A DNA stretch of 64,000 nucleotides from Longimicrobiales bacterium (GCA_965202985.1 CBDBCF010000001.1:896001-960000), one strand, 5' to 3'; positions 22,873-33,059 are shown, counted from the first letter of the stretch. A program made the numbers and translations. The notes: generated by a model not told the origin, from the letters alone.

Positions 22873-24045
22873 TTGTCCGCCGCCTCCGCACCAGCCGCCT
22901 TGTCCAGCACCGTCTTCGCAGCCGATCCCGAGGGGGTCGGAGCCGTCCGGGAGGCCCTCGACGCGGCCGTCGGCGACGGCGAACTCGCGGTGGACTGCGA
23001 GGCGGCCGGCTACCACCGGTACTCGGACCGGCTGTGCTTGGTGCAGCTCACCGCGGGCGGCGCCACCTTCGTTCTGGACCCGCTGGCCGTGGAGTTGGAA
23101 CCGGTCTTGAAGCCCGCCCTCGAGGACCCCGAGCGGCGCGTGATCATGCACGGCGCCGCGTACGACCTGCGACTGCTGCGCCGGGACCTGAACGCTGCCG
23201 CGACGAACCTGTTCGACACGCAGGTGGCGGCGGCGCTGTCGGGGGAGCCGGCCACGGGGCTGCAGGCGCTGCTGGACCGCCACCTGGGCGTGCGTGTGAA
23301 CAAGAAGTTCCAGCGGGCCGACTGGGCGGCGCGACCACTGAGTCGGGAGATGATCGACTACGCGGCCGACGACACGCGGCACTTGGCGCGGCTGGCGTCG
23401 GTTCTGGAGGAGAAGTTGGCCGTGCTGGGCCGCGCGGCCTGGGCGGAAGAGGAGTGCCGGCTGCTGGTCGAGGCCGCGGTGGAGCCCGAGCCCCCGGAGG
23501 CGCCGGACCCGGTGACTCGCGTGAAGGGGGCGGCCAAGCTGGACCCGCGCACGGTCACCGCGCTTCGCCGGGCGCTGGAGTGGCGGGACGGGGTGGCGCG
23601 GGCGCTGGATCGGGCGCCGTTCCGGGTCGCGTCGGACGCGGCGTTGGTGGGCGTGGCGCTGGCCCGCCCGGTCTCGGTGGGGGCGCTGGCGGCGGTGAAG
23701 GGGTTCTCGCCCCGGTTCGCGCGGACTCGCAGCCGGTCGCTGCTGAACGCCATGGAGGAGGTGAGGCGGGCGCCCGTCGAGGCGCTGATCCCCTACCCCC
23801 GGTCTAAGACGCCGAGGAGGGCCAGGCCGGGGCCGGAGGAGGAAGCCGCGTTCGAGCGGCTGAAGGCGGTTCGGAACCGGACCGCGGAGGCGCTGGGGAT
23901 CGCCCGAGGCGCGGTCATGTCGAACCTCGTGCTGCGGCGCGTGGCCGGGGCGAAGCCGGCCAGCCGGGCGGAGCTGAAGGCGTTGCCCGAGGTGCGCCGA
24001 TGGCAGGCGGAGGTGCTCGGGAGGGAACTGCTGGAGGTGCTGTAG
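22873..24045 (+). CDS. rnd: Ribonuclease D-like 3'-5' exonuclease with HRDC domain (start approximate)
   Basis: VDCE, LCLVQL, MHGAAYD, FDTQVAA, DW..RPL, YAADD, WRD..AR..D HRDC motif. Confidence 0.88.
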   Translation: MSAASAPAALSSTVFAADPEGVGAVREALDAAVGDGELAVDCEAAGYHRYSDRLCLVQLTAGGATFVLDPLAVELEPVLKPALEDPERRVIMHGAAYDLRLLRRDLNAAATNLFDTQVAAALSGEPATGLQALLDRHLGVRVNKKFQRADWAARPLSREMIDYAADDTRHLARLASVLEEKLAVLGRAAWAEEECRLLVEAAVEPEPPEAPDPVTRVKGAAKLDPRTVTALRRALEWRDGVARALDRAPFRVASDAALVGVALARPVSVGALAAVKGFSPRFARTRSRSLLNAMEEVRRAPVEALIPYPRSKTPRRARPGPEEEAAFERLKAVRNRTAEALGIARGAVMSNLVLRRVAGAKPASRAELKALPEVRRWQAEVLGRELLEVL

Positions 24046-24134
24046 GGCGACCGGCGTCCGGGGCCGGCGGCGCGTTCGACCGAAGCCGCGTCGGGTTGGA
24101 CGGTGGACGCCGCGCGTTCGGGGCTTGGTGCGCT

Positions 24135-24587
24135 TCAGCCCCCCTCGGCCTCCAGTTGCACCTTGTACTCGATGCAGTAGCGGGCGTGAGGCAGGGCGTC
24201 CAGGCGCTCGAAGGAGATCGGCCTTCCAGTGGCGTGGCAGCGGCCGAAGTTGTCGGGATCGGTGTAGAGTCGGCGAAGGGCGTCTTCGATCCGGTACAGG
24301 TATCGGCCCTCCTTGGTGGCGAAGACGGCGGCCTTCTCCCGCTCCATGGCCTCGGTGCCTTGATCGGCCATGTGGTCGGTGTAGCCCGTCAGGTCGGAGT
24401 CGCCCGAGGTCCGGTCCCGTTGCGCCTCGTTGAAGAACCCCAGGCCGCGAAGGGCCTTTTGCCGCTCCTCCAAGAGGCGGGCTTCCAAGTGGGCCAGCTG
24501 TTCCTTGGTCAGCACCGGGCCGGCGGTGGCGCCGTCGGCGGTGGCGGCGGCGGCCGCATCGTCGGGAGACGCATTCGGCGACGACAT
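24135..24587 (-). CDS. DksA/TraR family protein, two-Cys variant
   Basis: GGAGG RBS; HMADQGT, IEDALRRL, FGRCHATGRPISFERLDALPHARYCIEY. Confidence 0.88.
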   Translation of the reverse strand: MSSPNASPDDAAAAATADGATAGPVLTKEQLAHLEARLLEERQKALRGLGFFNEAQRDRTSGDSDLTGYTDHMADQGTEAMEREKAAVFATKEGRYLYRIEDALRRLYTDPDNFGRCHATGRPISFERLDALPHARYCIEYKVQLEAEGG

Positions 24588-24693
24588 GGTTCCTCCGTTG
24601 TATGTTGAAATCACTGCCCTTGGCGAAATCTAACGCCAGCGCCGCCCGAATCCGCCGACCAAGGCAGTCCGCCCCCCTCGGGAGACAAGATCA

Positions 24694-24987
24694 GTGGAGC
24701 AAATCGACTGCCGACGGCATCCGGGCCGGCTGAGTCGGGCGTTGGAGCGCCCGCCGTTCAAGTCGGAGCTGGGGGAGCGAATCCGCCGCGAGATCTGCTC
24801 GACCTGCTGGCAGGACTGGCTTCGGCATCAGACGCTCTTGATCAACCACTTCGGCCTGGACCCCCGGGATCGGAAGGCGCGCGAGTTCCTCTACGGACAG
24901 GTGCGCGCGGTGCTGTTCGACGAGGGCGAGGCCGCGGAGATCGACACGTCGATGAAGGGGACGATCGGGCCGCCCGACGGCGGCTGA
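24694..24987 (+). CDS. Fe(II)-trafficking / oxidative damage protection protein (YggX family)
   Basis: PPF..ELGERI...IC..CWQDWL.HQTLLINHFGL. Confidence 0.85.
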   Translation: MEQIDCRRHPGRLSRALERPPFKSELGERIRREICSTCWQDWLRHQTLLINHFGLDPRDRKAREFLYGQVRAVLFDEGEAAEIDTSMKGTIGPPDGG

Positions 24988-25007
24988 AGTCGCGGGCCTG
25001 GGGCGCG

Positions 25008-26276
25008 CTAGGCCAGAACGGCGGCGATCTCCGCCAAGGCGTCTTCCAGGACGCGCTTCTCCACGTTGAGCGGCGGGGCGAACCGCACGACTTGGAGGTG
25101 AGTCTCCTTGGCCAGGATGCCGCGGGCTTGGAGGGCCTCGCAGAAAGCGCGCGCAGGACCGGACGACTCTCGGATCACGACGCCGATCATGAGGCCCTTG
25201 CCGCGCACCTCTTCGACGTGGGGCGAAGGGATCGCCCGGAGACGATCCATGAACCAGGCGCCCAGCTCGTCGGAGCGGCGGGGCAGGTCCTCTTCCAGGA
25301 CGACGCGCAGCGACGCCCGGGCCACGGCGGCGCCCAGGGGGTTGCCGCCGAAGGTGGAGCCGTGGTCGCCCGGCCGGAAGACGTCCATGAACTCGGCGTC
25401 GGCGACGACGGCCGAGACCGGGTAGACGCCGCCGCCCAGCGCCTTGCCCACGACGAGCACGTCGGGGCGCACGCCCTCCCACTCGCAGCAGAAGAGTCGT
25501 CCGGTGCGGCCCAGCCCCGTCTGAATCTCGTCGGCGACGAACGCCACGCCGGCGTCGCGGCACAGCGCCGCCGTCTCGCGCAGGTAGCCTTCGGGAGGGA
25601 CGACCACGCCCGCCTCGCCCTGCACCGGCTCGACCATGAAGCCGACGGTGTTGGGGCCGATGGCGGCGCGCAGCGCGTCGGCGTCGCCGTAGGGGATCAG
25701 CTTGAAGCCCGGCGTGAAGGGGCCGAAGCCCTCCTTGTACTCCTCTTCGGACGAGAAGCCCACGATGGTGGTGGTGCGCCCGTGGAAGTTGTCGGTGCAG
25801 ACGACGATCTCGGCCTGGTCGGCGGGGACGCCGCGGACCTGGTAGCCCCACTTCCGCACCATCTTGATCGCGGTCTCGACGGCCTCGGCGCCCGTGTTCA
25901 TCGGCAGCGCCGCGTCGAAGCCGGACGCCTCGCACAGCTCGCGCAGGAACGGCCCCATCTGGTCGTTGTGGAACGCGCGAGAGGTCAGGGTCAGGCGCGC
26001 CATCTGGGCCTCGGCCGCGGCCACGATCCGCGGATGGCGGTGGCCCTGGTTCAAGGCCGAGTAGGCGCTGAGCATGTCCAGGTAGCGGTTGCCGTCGACG
26101 TCCCACACCCACGCGCCTTCCCCGCGGTCCAGCACGACGGGCAGCGGATGGTAGTTGTTGGCCGACCAGCGCTCCGCCTCTTCCAGGTACGCGGGCGTGG
26201 GGGACGGGGCGGGTGCGGCGTCGGCGAGGGGGTCGGAGACGGGGGCCGGGGGCGCCGGGGCGGTCGTCGGGGTCAT
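25008..26276 (-). CDS. rocD: Ornithine--oxo-acid aminotransferase
   Basis: NYHPLPVV, SAYSALNQGH.HP, MNTGAEAVE, DEIQTGLGRTG, GKALGGG, HGSTFGGNP. Confidence 0.93.
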   Translation of the reverse strand: MTPTTAPAPPAPVSDPLADAAPAPSPTPAYLEEAERWSANNYHPLPVVLDRGEGAWVWDVDGNRYLDMLSAYSALNQGHRHPRIVAAAEAQMARLTLTSRAFHNDQMGPFLRELCEASGFDAALPMNTGAEAVETAIKMVRKWGYQVRGVPADQAEIVVCTDNFHGRTTTIVGFSSEEEYKEGFGPFTPGFKLIPYGDADALRAAIGPNTVGFMVEPVQGEAGVVVPPEGYLRETAALCRDAGVAFVADEIQTGLGRTGRLFCCEWEGVRPDVLVVGKALGGGVYPVSAVVADAEFMDVFRPGDHGSTFGGNPLGAAVARASLRVVLEEDLPRRSDELGAWFMDRLRAIPSPHVEEVRGKGLMIGVVIRESSGPARAFCEALQARGILAKETHLQVVRFAPPLNVEKRVLEDALAEIAAVLA

Positions 26277-26343
26277 GGTCGGGTCCTTGGGGCGATTCGT
26301 TTGCGGGGCGAAAATGTACGGAGAAGGCGAGGGGGTCGGAAGG

Positions 26344-29300
26344 TCACGAGACCTTGAGCCCGTCCGCCACCTTGTCCAGCAGCTCGTCCAGGGCGGCGCG
26401 TTCGGCGGCGTCCAAGTCGCCCGAGGCTTCCACGCGGACGCGGAAGCGCAGGTCGGCCGTGGGGCCAGCGGACAGCAGGTCCGGCACCGCATCGGCCAAG
26501 TCCTGAATCTGGGGGACTTCCAGGGAGACCGCTGCGGCGCCGGGCGGGTCGGCGGGAAAGAGGCCGCCGGACGCGGGAGCGCTTGGGGGTGAACCCGGCT
26601 GCGACGGACGCTCCAGCACCACCGAGCCGGCTCGGTCCCAGCCGCCGCCCACCGGGTCGCTGCCCTGGGCCAGGGCGAGCCAGCGTCCCGACACCGAGTC
26701 CTTGATCGCCTGCACCATCAGCGGCCAGGGCACGGTGTAGCCGCGGCCCACGGACACGGCCTGGGCGAGCACCGCGGCGTTGGTCTTGCCGTCCTGCCAA
26801 GCGCCGGGAAGCGCCTCCTCCGTTAGCTCCTGGGCCGCCACGGCCTTGGGCGGGGGGCGAAGCTCGGCGCTGGAATCCAGGGCACCGTGGGGAATCGGCT
26901 CGCGCCAGACGGAGGCTGGACCGGCGACCAGCCAGACGGCGCCGCCCTCCACCGCGTCGCGCACCGCTTGCTCCAGCGCGGCTTCCGCGCACCCCGGAAT
27001 GGCGGCGAACTCGTCGTAGTCGTCCGCCGGGATCCGGGCTTGATAGCCGCCGGCGAAGTACTCGGCCAGGCGGGCCCAAGCGAGGGCGGAGGCTCTTCCG
27101 TCGGCAGGGGCTCCTCCGTCGGCATCGGTCGCTGCATCGGCGTCGTCCGCGTCCGGCCACAGGTCGGGCAGGACGCCGGGCGCGAGCAGGCGGGCGTCCA
27201 GCCTGTCCAGCGTGACGTTCTGGGGCAGGACCACCTCCAGCAGGGCTTCGTCGCGCACGTCGGCGGGGACCGGTTCGCGCCACCACATGCGGACGCTGTC
27301 GTCCGGGCGGACCAAGCGCGCCACGAACTGGCCGCCCTCGACGCCCTGCAGGACGGTGTCCATGAGGAGCTGGGGGTTGAGGGCCTTCGGCAACCGGGGG
27401 TGGCGGGCGAAGGCGGTGGCCAGATCCGTGACGAAGCGCGACTCCTCTTCCTCGCGCCACAGGTCGTAGGGACCTTCGGGCAGAAGGGCCTCGGCGTTGA
27501 CCGCGGTCTCTTGGATGCGGGAGCGGTCGTCGTTCTTGACCTCGACGAAGAGGGGGCCGGCGGAGGCCGCGAGCTTGAAGGCGTGGACCTGGCCTTCCTT
27601 GCCGAAGGTCGTGACGATCGAATAGGCCTGCCGCACGGTCTCGGGGATGCGGCGGCGCGCCTCGTCCAGCCGGCGGCGAAGGCGCTGGGTTCGGATCGCG
27701 TCCACCTCGTGGCCGGAGAGCTGGTTCTTGACCTCTTCCCAGCCCAGGAACGCGCGGACCTCGCCCCGCATGGCTTCCAGCCCTTCCCGCGACGGCGCGA
27801 CCACCACGAGCGCGTTGCGGTGCACGCGAGGCCGGTCCTTGCCCTTGGTCTCCAGGAAGGCGCGGGCCACGCGGCTGGGCTTGCCGGACTCGGAGACGGC
27901 CTCCGGCCCCAGAATCACGTAGCGGAAGACCAGGTCGTCGGCCACCTCCTGGGGACCCGTCGGCATCATGTGCACCTTGACGCCCGCCGCCGACGCGCCT
28001 TCGGTCAGGGACCGGGCCTTTCGGACGGTGCGCTTGAGGTACTCGTCAACGGCTTCGGCGCCGACCCGGTTCCTGCATGCGTCGTCGTGCATCTGGCGCA
28101 GGTTCGGCCGGTTGCCCAGCCGCCAGTCCGTGGGCAGCTGCTGGCTTCCCGGCGGAAGAAGGCCCGCGTCCTCGTCGTCCAGGAACCAGGAGGTCTCGCG
28201 CCAGCGCGCCAAGCCGTTGTCCAGCTCGATCACGTCGGGCTCGCTGGTGCCGATCATGCGCCGCAGGGGCTGCGTCTGAATCTTGTGGCCGACGGGCTGG
28301 GAGTGGAGGAAGACGGCGACGACAGCCTGTTCGGCCTCGCGCCCGTCCGCCAGCGCGGGAAACTCGTTCTGGATGTCGCGAGCCTTCTCCAGCTCCTTGG
28401 TGAGGAGCGGCGACCACTCCACCTTCTTGCCCTCCACCGTCTCGGTCGTGGCGACGCCCGCCAGCTCCCGGACCGCCTCCGAGAGCGCCGAGTCGCCGGG
28501 GGCCGACAGCAGCGCCGCCGGACCGACCAGCGGGCTCGCGTCCCACTTCTCGGCCTCCCGCAGCGCCGTGGCCAGCGTGCGCAGGATGCCCCGCGTGCGC
28601 TGGAAGCCCTCCAGCTGGGTCCAGCACGTGTAGAAGACGTCGGTGAGCTTGGGGTGGAAGGGGAAGTTGCGCAGGAAGTGCTCTTCGTCCTCGGTGCGCG
28701 AGCGGTCGGTGGTCGCCTGCACCTTGGCCAAGCCCCGCACCACGCCGATGACGTGGGACTTCCAGGCGTCGGGCTCCCGAATGTCCCCCGCCTCGAAGAA
28801 GCGCCGGCGCAACACTTCCGCCACGTCCTTCTTCTGGACCGGCTCCACGCCCTCTTCCTTCTGCCTGCGCACCACATCGAAGAGGTCGGCCATGAGGGCC
28901 TTGCCCATGTCGTCGTTCTGCTTGAGCGGGTCGGTGGCGAGCAGCGACGCGACCATCGCCGCCCGGTCCACCTTGACCACCGCCTGCGTCAGGTACTGGA
29001 AGAAGTCGCGGACGCGGTCGCCCCACACGGCGTCGATGCCCGCCTTGGCGCGCGCGTACATGAGCACTTCGTCCACCAGGATCAGCGTGGACATGCCGCG
29101 CTCCTGGGGCTTGGCGACGAGCTCCGCCAGCAGCGGCTCGGCGGGCGGCGTCTCGCGTTCCAGGGCTTGGCCGTCGGCGTGGACGGCGCGCAGCCCGTCG
29201 TCGCCCGCCAGCTGGTACGCCAGGACGCTCCAGGGGTGCAGCAGGTCGCGGGCTTGGCCGTCCGGTCCGCGCACGCCCTGAATGCCCGACTCCACGTCGA

Positions 29301-29718
29301 TCTTGTCGAAGCAGAGCGTGACCGGATATGCCGCGGGAAGGTCGTGTCCCACATGCTCGCGGAACTCGCGGACGGCGGGCAGGTCCGGCAGCGAAGTCGG
29401 GTCGCGGAAGAGGTGGTAGAGGGTGATCAGCGTGTGCGTCTTGCCCCCGCCGTAGGTCAGCTCCAGCTGGCGCACGGCCTTGTCGCTGCGGGCCGCCAGC
29501 CGCCCGGCCACGTCGCGCACCAGGTCGCGCAGCGCGTGCGTGGCGTAGGTCAGGCCGAAGAAGCGCTCCGGGTCTTCGTACACGGGACGCTTGCCCCGGG
29601 CCAGGGACACTTCATGCAGGTCGGCAGCGAACTGGGCCAGCGAGAGTTCGCCCGTGCGAAGCTCCTCTTTGAGTCGGACGACTTGGTGCCAGGGGCGGAG
29701 CTTCTTGGGCGGGGTCAC
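26344..29718 (-). CDS. DUF499-family AAA+ ATPase
   Basis: PWHQVV, FAADL, YEDPERFF..TYAT, Walker A YGGGKTH, Walker B ILVDE, PFHP, FQRTRG.LR; GTG start overlapping the upstream stop. Confidence 0.88.
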   Translation of the reverse strand: MTPPKKLRPWHQVVRLKEELRTGELSLAQFAADLHEVSLARGKRPVYEDPERFFGLTYATHALRDLVRDVAGRLAARSDKAVRQLELTYGGGKTHTLITLYHLFRDPTSLPDLPAVREFREHVGHDLPAAYPVTLCFDKIDVESGIQGVRGPDGQARDLLHPWSVLAYQLAGDDGLRAVHADGQALERETPPAEPLLAELVAKPQERGMSTLILVDEVLMYARAKAGIDAVWGDRVRDFFQYLTQAVVKVDRAAMVASLLATDPLKQNDDMGKALMADLFDVVRRQKEEGVEPVQKKDVAEVLRRRFFEAGDIREPDAWKSHVIGVVRGLAKVQATTDRSRTEDEEHFLRNFPFHPKLTDVFYTCWTQLEGFQRTRGILRTLATALREAEKWDASPLVGPAALLSAPGDSALSEAVRELAGVATTETVEGKKVEWSPLLTKELEKARDIQNEFPALADGREAEQAVVAVFLHSQPVGHKIQTQPLRRMIGTSEPDVIELDNGLARWRETSWFLDDEDAGLLPPGSQQLPTDWRLGNRPNLRQMHDDACRNRVGAEAVDEYLKRTVRKARSLTEGASAAGVKVHMMPTGPQEVADDLVFRYVILGPEAVSESGKPSRVARAFLETKGKDRPRVHRNALVVVAPSREGLEAMRGEVRAFLGWEEVKNQLSGHEVDAIRTQRLRRRLDEARRRIPETVRQAYSIVTTFGKEGQVHAFKLAASAGPLFVEVKNDDRSRIQETAVNAEALLPEGPYDLWREEEESRFVTDLATAFARHPRLPKALNPQLLMDTVLQGVEGGQFVARLVRPDDSVRMWWREPVPADVRDEALLEVVLPQNVTLDRLDARLLAPGVLPDLWPDADDADAATDADGGAPADGRASALAWARLAEYFAGGYQARIPADDYDEFAAIPGCAEAALEQAVRDAVEGGAVWLVAGPASVWREPIPHGALDSSAELRPPPKAVAAQELTEEALPGAWQDGKTNAAVLAQAVSVGRGYTVPWPLMVQAIKDSVSGRWLALAQGSDPVGGGWDRAGSVVLERPSQPGSPPSAPASGGLFPADPPGAAAVSLEVPQIQDLADAVPDLLSAGPTADLRFRVRVEASGDLDAAERAALDELLDKVADGLKVS

Positions 29719-29933
29719 AGCTGGGCGAGCCCGGACGGTATGGGTTGCCTCTCGGTCGGCCTGTCCGGACCAACGGCGAACGGGCTCGCGATCCGACTGC
29801 CCTCGTCGATCCAGATGCCCATGCTCTCGAGCTTCTTGCGCAGGCGCAGAGCTTCCCGGACGACATCGGGATCGACGCCGCGGTTTCGAGAGATTTCCGC
29901 GTGGGTAAGCACAAGACCGTCGTTTGCGCTCAT
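29715..29933 (-). CDS. Small hypothetical protein (72 aa)
   Basis: ATG immediately follows the upstream stop and its own stop overlaps the DUF499 GTG; no recognisable motif. Confidence 0.55.
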   Translation of the reverse strand: MSANDGLVLTHAEISRNRGVDPDVVREALRLRKKLESMGIWIDEGSRIASPFAVGPDRPTERQPIPSGLAQL

Positions 29934-30335
29934 TCACAGTCTCCTTTGCGGGCGCGAACGCTCGTCGAGCTTCACGCTCAACACGCTGACCAAGACCTTC
30001 AGTTCGGCAAGCGCGGCCGTGACCTCCCTGTGGTTCTCGTCGACTCGGTCTTCCAGTCGGTCGATCCGGTGCCCAATCTCCTGCTCCTGGTTGGCCAGCG
30101 CGGCCGACGTTTCCTGCTTCTGGGTGGCCAGCGCGGCCGACGTTTCCTGCTTCTGGGTGGCCATCGCAGCCGACGTTTCCCGTTTCTGGGTGGCCATCGC
30201 AGCCGACGTTTCCCGTTTCTGGGTGGCCATCGCAGCCGACGTTTCCCGTTTCTGGGTGCTAATCGCGTCCGTCAGCTCCCGCCTCTGGGTGGCCAGCGCG
30301 TCTTTCGTTTCCTGCCGCAGGCTGCCGATCTCCAT
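29934..30335 (-). CDS. Coiled-coil protein with 11-residue repeats
   Basis: AAAGGA RBS; repeats of TQK(R/Q)ETSAA(M/L)A; helical C-terminus. Confidence 0.75.
   Translation of the reverse strand: MEIGSLRQETKDALATQRRELTDAISTQKRETSAAMATQKRETSAAMATQKRETSAAMATQKQETSAALATQKQETSAALANQEQEIGHRIDRLEDRVDENHREVTAALAELKVLVSVLSVKLDERSRPQRRL
30092..30256. repeat. 33-bp tandem repeat, five near-perfect units in two subtypes with degenerate flanks
   Basis: Units start at 30092, 30125, 30158, 30191 and 30224 (tggcca[g/t]cgc[g/a]gccgacgtttcc[tgc/cgt]ttctggg). Confidence 0.95.
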
Positions 30336-30588
30336 CGTGGCGTCCTTTCTCTTGGGGCCGCGGGCCTCGCTGGTGGGGCCGGGCCGGGGTCGTGGCTGCC
30401 CTGCCCCCGCAATCTACATCGGGACGGGCCTGGACGAACCCCTGTGGGCAAAATGCCTGAGATTTGGGACAGGAGAGCGAACCCCTTGCTCGACCCGTCG
30501 CAGAGACGGTACCCATGGATGCCATGAACGAGATGCGAAAGGGGTCGGTGTCCAGGACCGCCGGGCGGCGGCGAGCTTCGTGCCTCCG

Positions 30589-31508
30589 ATGACCCGGACG
30601 GAACTGCTCCATCGCTTCGCGCAGATCCGGACCGCGACCTGGAAGGGAGAGCCGGCCCCCCACAAGCCGCGCTTGCTGTTGCTGGCGTTGGGCCGGGTTG
30701 CGCAGGGTCGCGGGCGGCTCGTGGTGTTCGCGAACATCGAGCCGACCTTTCGGCGGATGTCGGACCAGCTCGGACCCAGGCGACGCGCGATCGGTCCCGT
30801 GTATCCGTTCGGGCGGTTGCGGCGCGACGGTCTGTGGGAGATTCCAGAGGATGCAGCGCTGTTGACCACGTCCAGCGGCAACCTCCACGCACGGGAACTC
30901 CGAGAACGTGGCGTGGTCGGCGGATTCCCCCAGGATGTGCACGACTTGCTGGCGTCCGATCCCAAGCTGGTCGTGGAAGCGGCCGAACTGCTCCTGGGGC
31001 AGCACTTCGACTCCGAGCGCCACGACGCCCTTCGCGCCGCCGCCGGCCTCCGCTGGGACTGGGCGCTGGTCGAGTCCCGGCCGCGCGGAGTGCACGAGAA
31101 CGCCTTTCGGGACCTCGTCCTCGGCGAGTACCAGGACCGTTGTTCCGTCTGCGACTTCGACGCTCGCATGGACGACCGCGCCTTCGCCGTGGAAGCCGCC
31201 CGCATCCGGTGGCGCTCCCACGGCGGTCCCAACGACGTCTCGAACGCGCTCGCCTTCTGCCTGCTTCACCACAAGGCCCTCAACCACGGCGTCCTCGGCC
31301 TTCGCCCCGAGCGATCGGGCTACCGGGTCGTGATCTCGAGCCGGGTCCTGGGATCGAGTCCGGCGACGGAACAGCTGCGGAACCTGCTGGAAGACCCGTT
31401 CGTCGCCCGCTGACGGCGGAGCTGGCGCCGTCGGCTTCGTGCGTCGAGTGGCACCGAAAGTGGGTCTTCCGGGCTCCGCCTCGCCGGGACGCGGCCGTCC
31501 GCTGCTGA
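30589..31508 (+). pseudogene. SBD-HNH (phosphorothioate-dependent-type) restriction endonuclease, degraded
   Basis: APHKP and YPF.RL..DGLW motifs, C..C, EAARI where EAAHI is expected; the C-terminal P....VEWH...VFR segment lies in another frame after ~31386. Confidence 0.75.
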
Positions 31509-31955
31509 TGGGCGGACGGTTCGCGAGGCCGCCCCTAATTCCTAGACGAGACTCTCATTCCGAGAGCGCGAACGGCTGCTCCCCGGCGTCGCCCCGGGCT
31601 TGTCCGCCGAGTAGGTCCCCCCCTTGTACGACGCCCCTCGTGACTCAGTGGCGGCCGGGTTTTGCGTTGGACTCCGGTGCGACCGTTAAGCGAGCTCTTG
31701 CTGGCCCGTTGCCAAGGCGGTATTCATGGATGCCATGACCGACGACTACTGGCACACACGGTTCGGCAAGCACCCCGAGGACCGAGCGGGGTCGGGAAAA
31801 GGATTCGGCGGGGAGGCCGCTGACACGCTGTCCGCCACGAATCGGACTTGCGAGGTGTGAAGGAAACACGCTCGGACGCGATCCGCGTTGAACGTTGGCC
31901 CGACGACCGGGGCGAGCCGGTCGGGGCGGGCGGAGCGCACAACCAGGGAGCACCG

Positions 31956-33011
31956 ATGGGCATCGATTCGGATCGCCATTCGTTTGAGCGTGCTTGTATA
32001 AGTCTTGTACGAGCAACGGACGACGCAGTCAGGTCGTACGGTAACATCAACCTTCAGTCATTACTCGAATTGGCTGGCAGGATTGGGCTCGCATCACTTC
32101 GTGTTTGTGGTATGGACAATAGCAGGTTGAAGAGATTCTTGAATTCTATTCAGGTTTCGTTATTGCCACCTGGTAAAGGACATGTTTCTGCTCTGACAGA
32201 AGCTAAGCCAACCAACCCGTTTCGCATAGGATTTATGATGCAAGATCTACCAATGTTTTCGAAAGGGCTGCTTACGTCTTCACCTGCCCCTCAAGAGAAG
32301 AAGCGCCTGTCCGACTGGCTGACGACAGAAGCTTTCGTTGTCATTCAGGTTTATGGCATCAAGACAGTTATGGATTATTTTGGTGCTCGCTATAGTTCCA
32401 GCAAGCAGAAAGCCATAGTGTCTCGACCATCATCCAAACAGATACGACATTTGTTTTTGCCCTCCCTTCACAGGATCACATATGCTGATATCTTGCGAGG
32501 CGTCCGCAATGCACTAGGTGCACACGATGGTCCCCCATCCTCTGGCCCCGATGTGCGGCAACGTGGCAAATTGATCGCCAGGCTTTGTCACGAAGGGCCT
32601 TTTGCAATAAAAGTGTATATCTGCTTCGTGACAATTGCTCTCGGCCTTCGTATACGATCATCAGTACTTGGTGAGGCACCATTTGAGGTGCATACTCACA
32701 TCGAAACATATCCTCCAAACGGTGACGAGACGAGCATCCCGAGCGGACTCGCCCTAATATCTGGATCGCGTGAATTCATTTGGAGCAATCCGCCAAGGAG
32801 AGACAGAGTAGTTGTCGTCCCGCCGCTTCCCGCGGGCAAACACCACTGGCTGGACTTCAAACCACGTATTGTCGACCCAGCTATTACCCACCTTGTGGGT
32901 ACGCAAAGGTTTGTGTCGATCAGGTATGGGGCATCGCCTACGGCAATTGCCATTCTTCCCGTGCAGATAGCGGCTGATCCTCTTCTGCTTGAGTGGAATC
33001 AGGACAAGTAA
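31956..33011 (+). CDS. Hypothetical protein, markedly lower GC than the surroundings
   Basis: 351-aa open frame in AT-richer DNA; AGGGAG upstream of the ATG; no recognised motif. Confidence 0.65.
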   Translation: MGIDSDRHSFERACISLVRATDDAVRSYGNINLQSLLELAGRIGLASLRVCGMDNSRLKRFLNSIQVSLLPPGKGHVSALTEAKPTNPFRIGFMMQDLPMFSKGLLTSSPAPQEKKRLSDWLTTEAFVVIQVYGIKTVMDYFGARYSSSKQKAIVSRPSSKQIRHLFLPSLHRITYADILRGVRNALGAHDGPPSSGPDVRQRGKLIARLCHEGPFAIKVYICFVTIALGLRIRSSVLGEAPFEVHTHIETYPPNGDETSIPSGLALISGSREFIWSNPPRRDRVVVVPPLPAGKHHWLDFKPRIVDPAITHLVGTQRFVSIRYGASPTAIAILPVQIAADPLLLEWNQDK

Positions 33012-33059
33012 GAACCCGGTAACCCAAGCACGGGGCTGTTCCCGAACCACGGGTTGAGC

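Noticed and set aside
30092..30256. 33-bp repeats as a CRISPR array
   Set aside because: The units are contiguous with no unique spacers, keep a reading frame, and no cas genes are present
26887..30588. 1508-aa plus-strand ORF
   Set aside because: It is an antisense shadow of the DUF499 gene in high-GC DNA; only the part from 30589 has recognisable motifs
31509..31955. Small ORFs or ncRNA between the HNH pseudogene and the orphan gene
   Set aside because: No recognisable motif or convincing structure could be supported by eye
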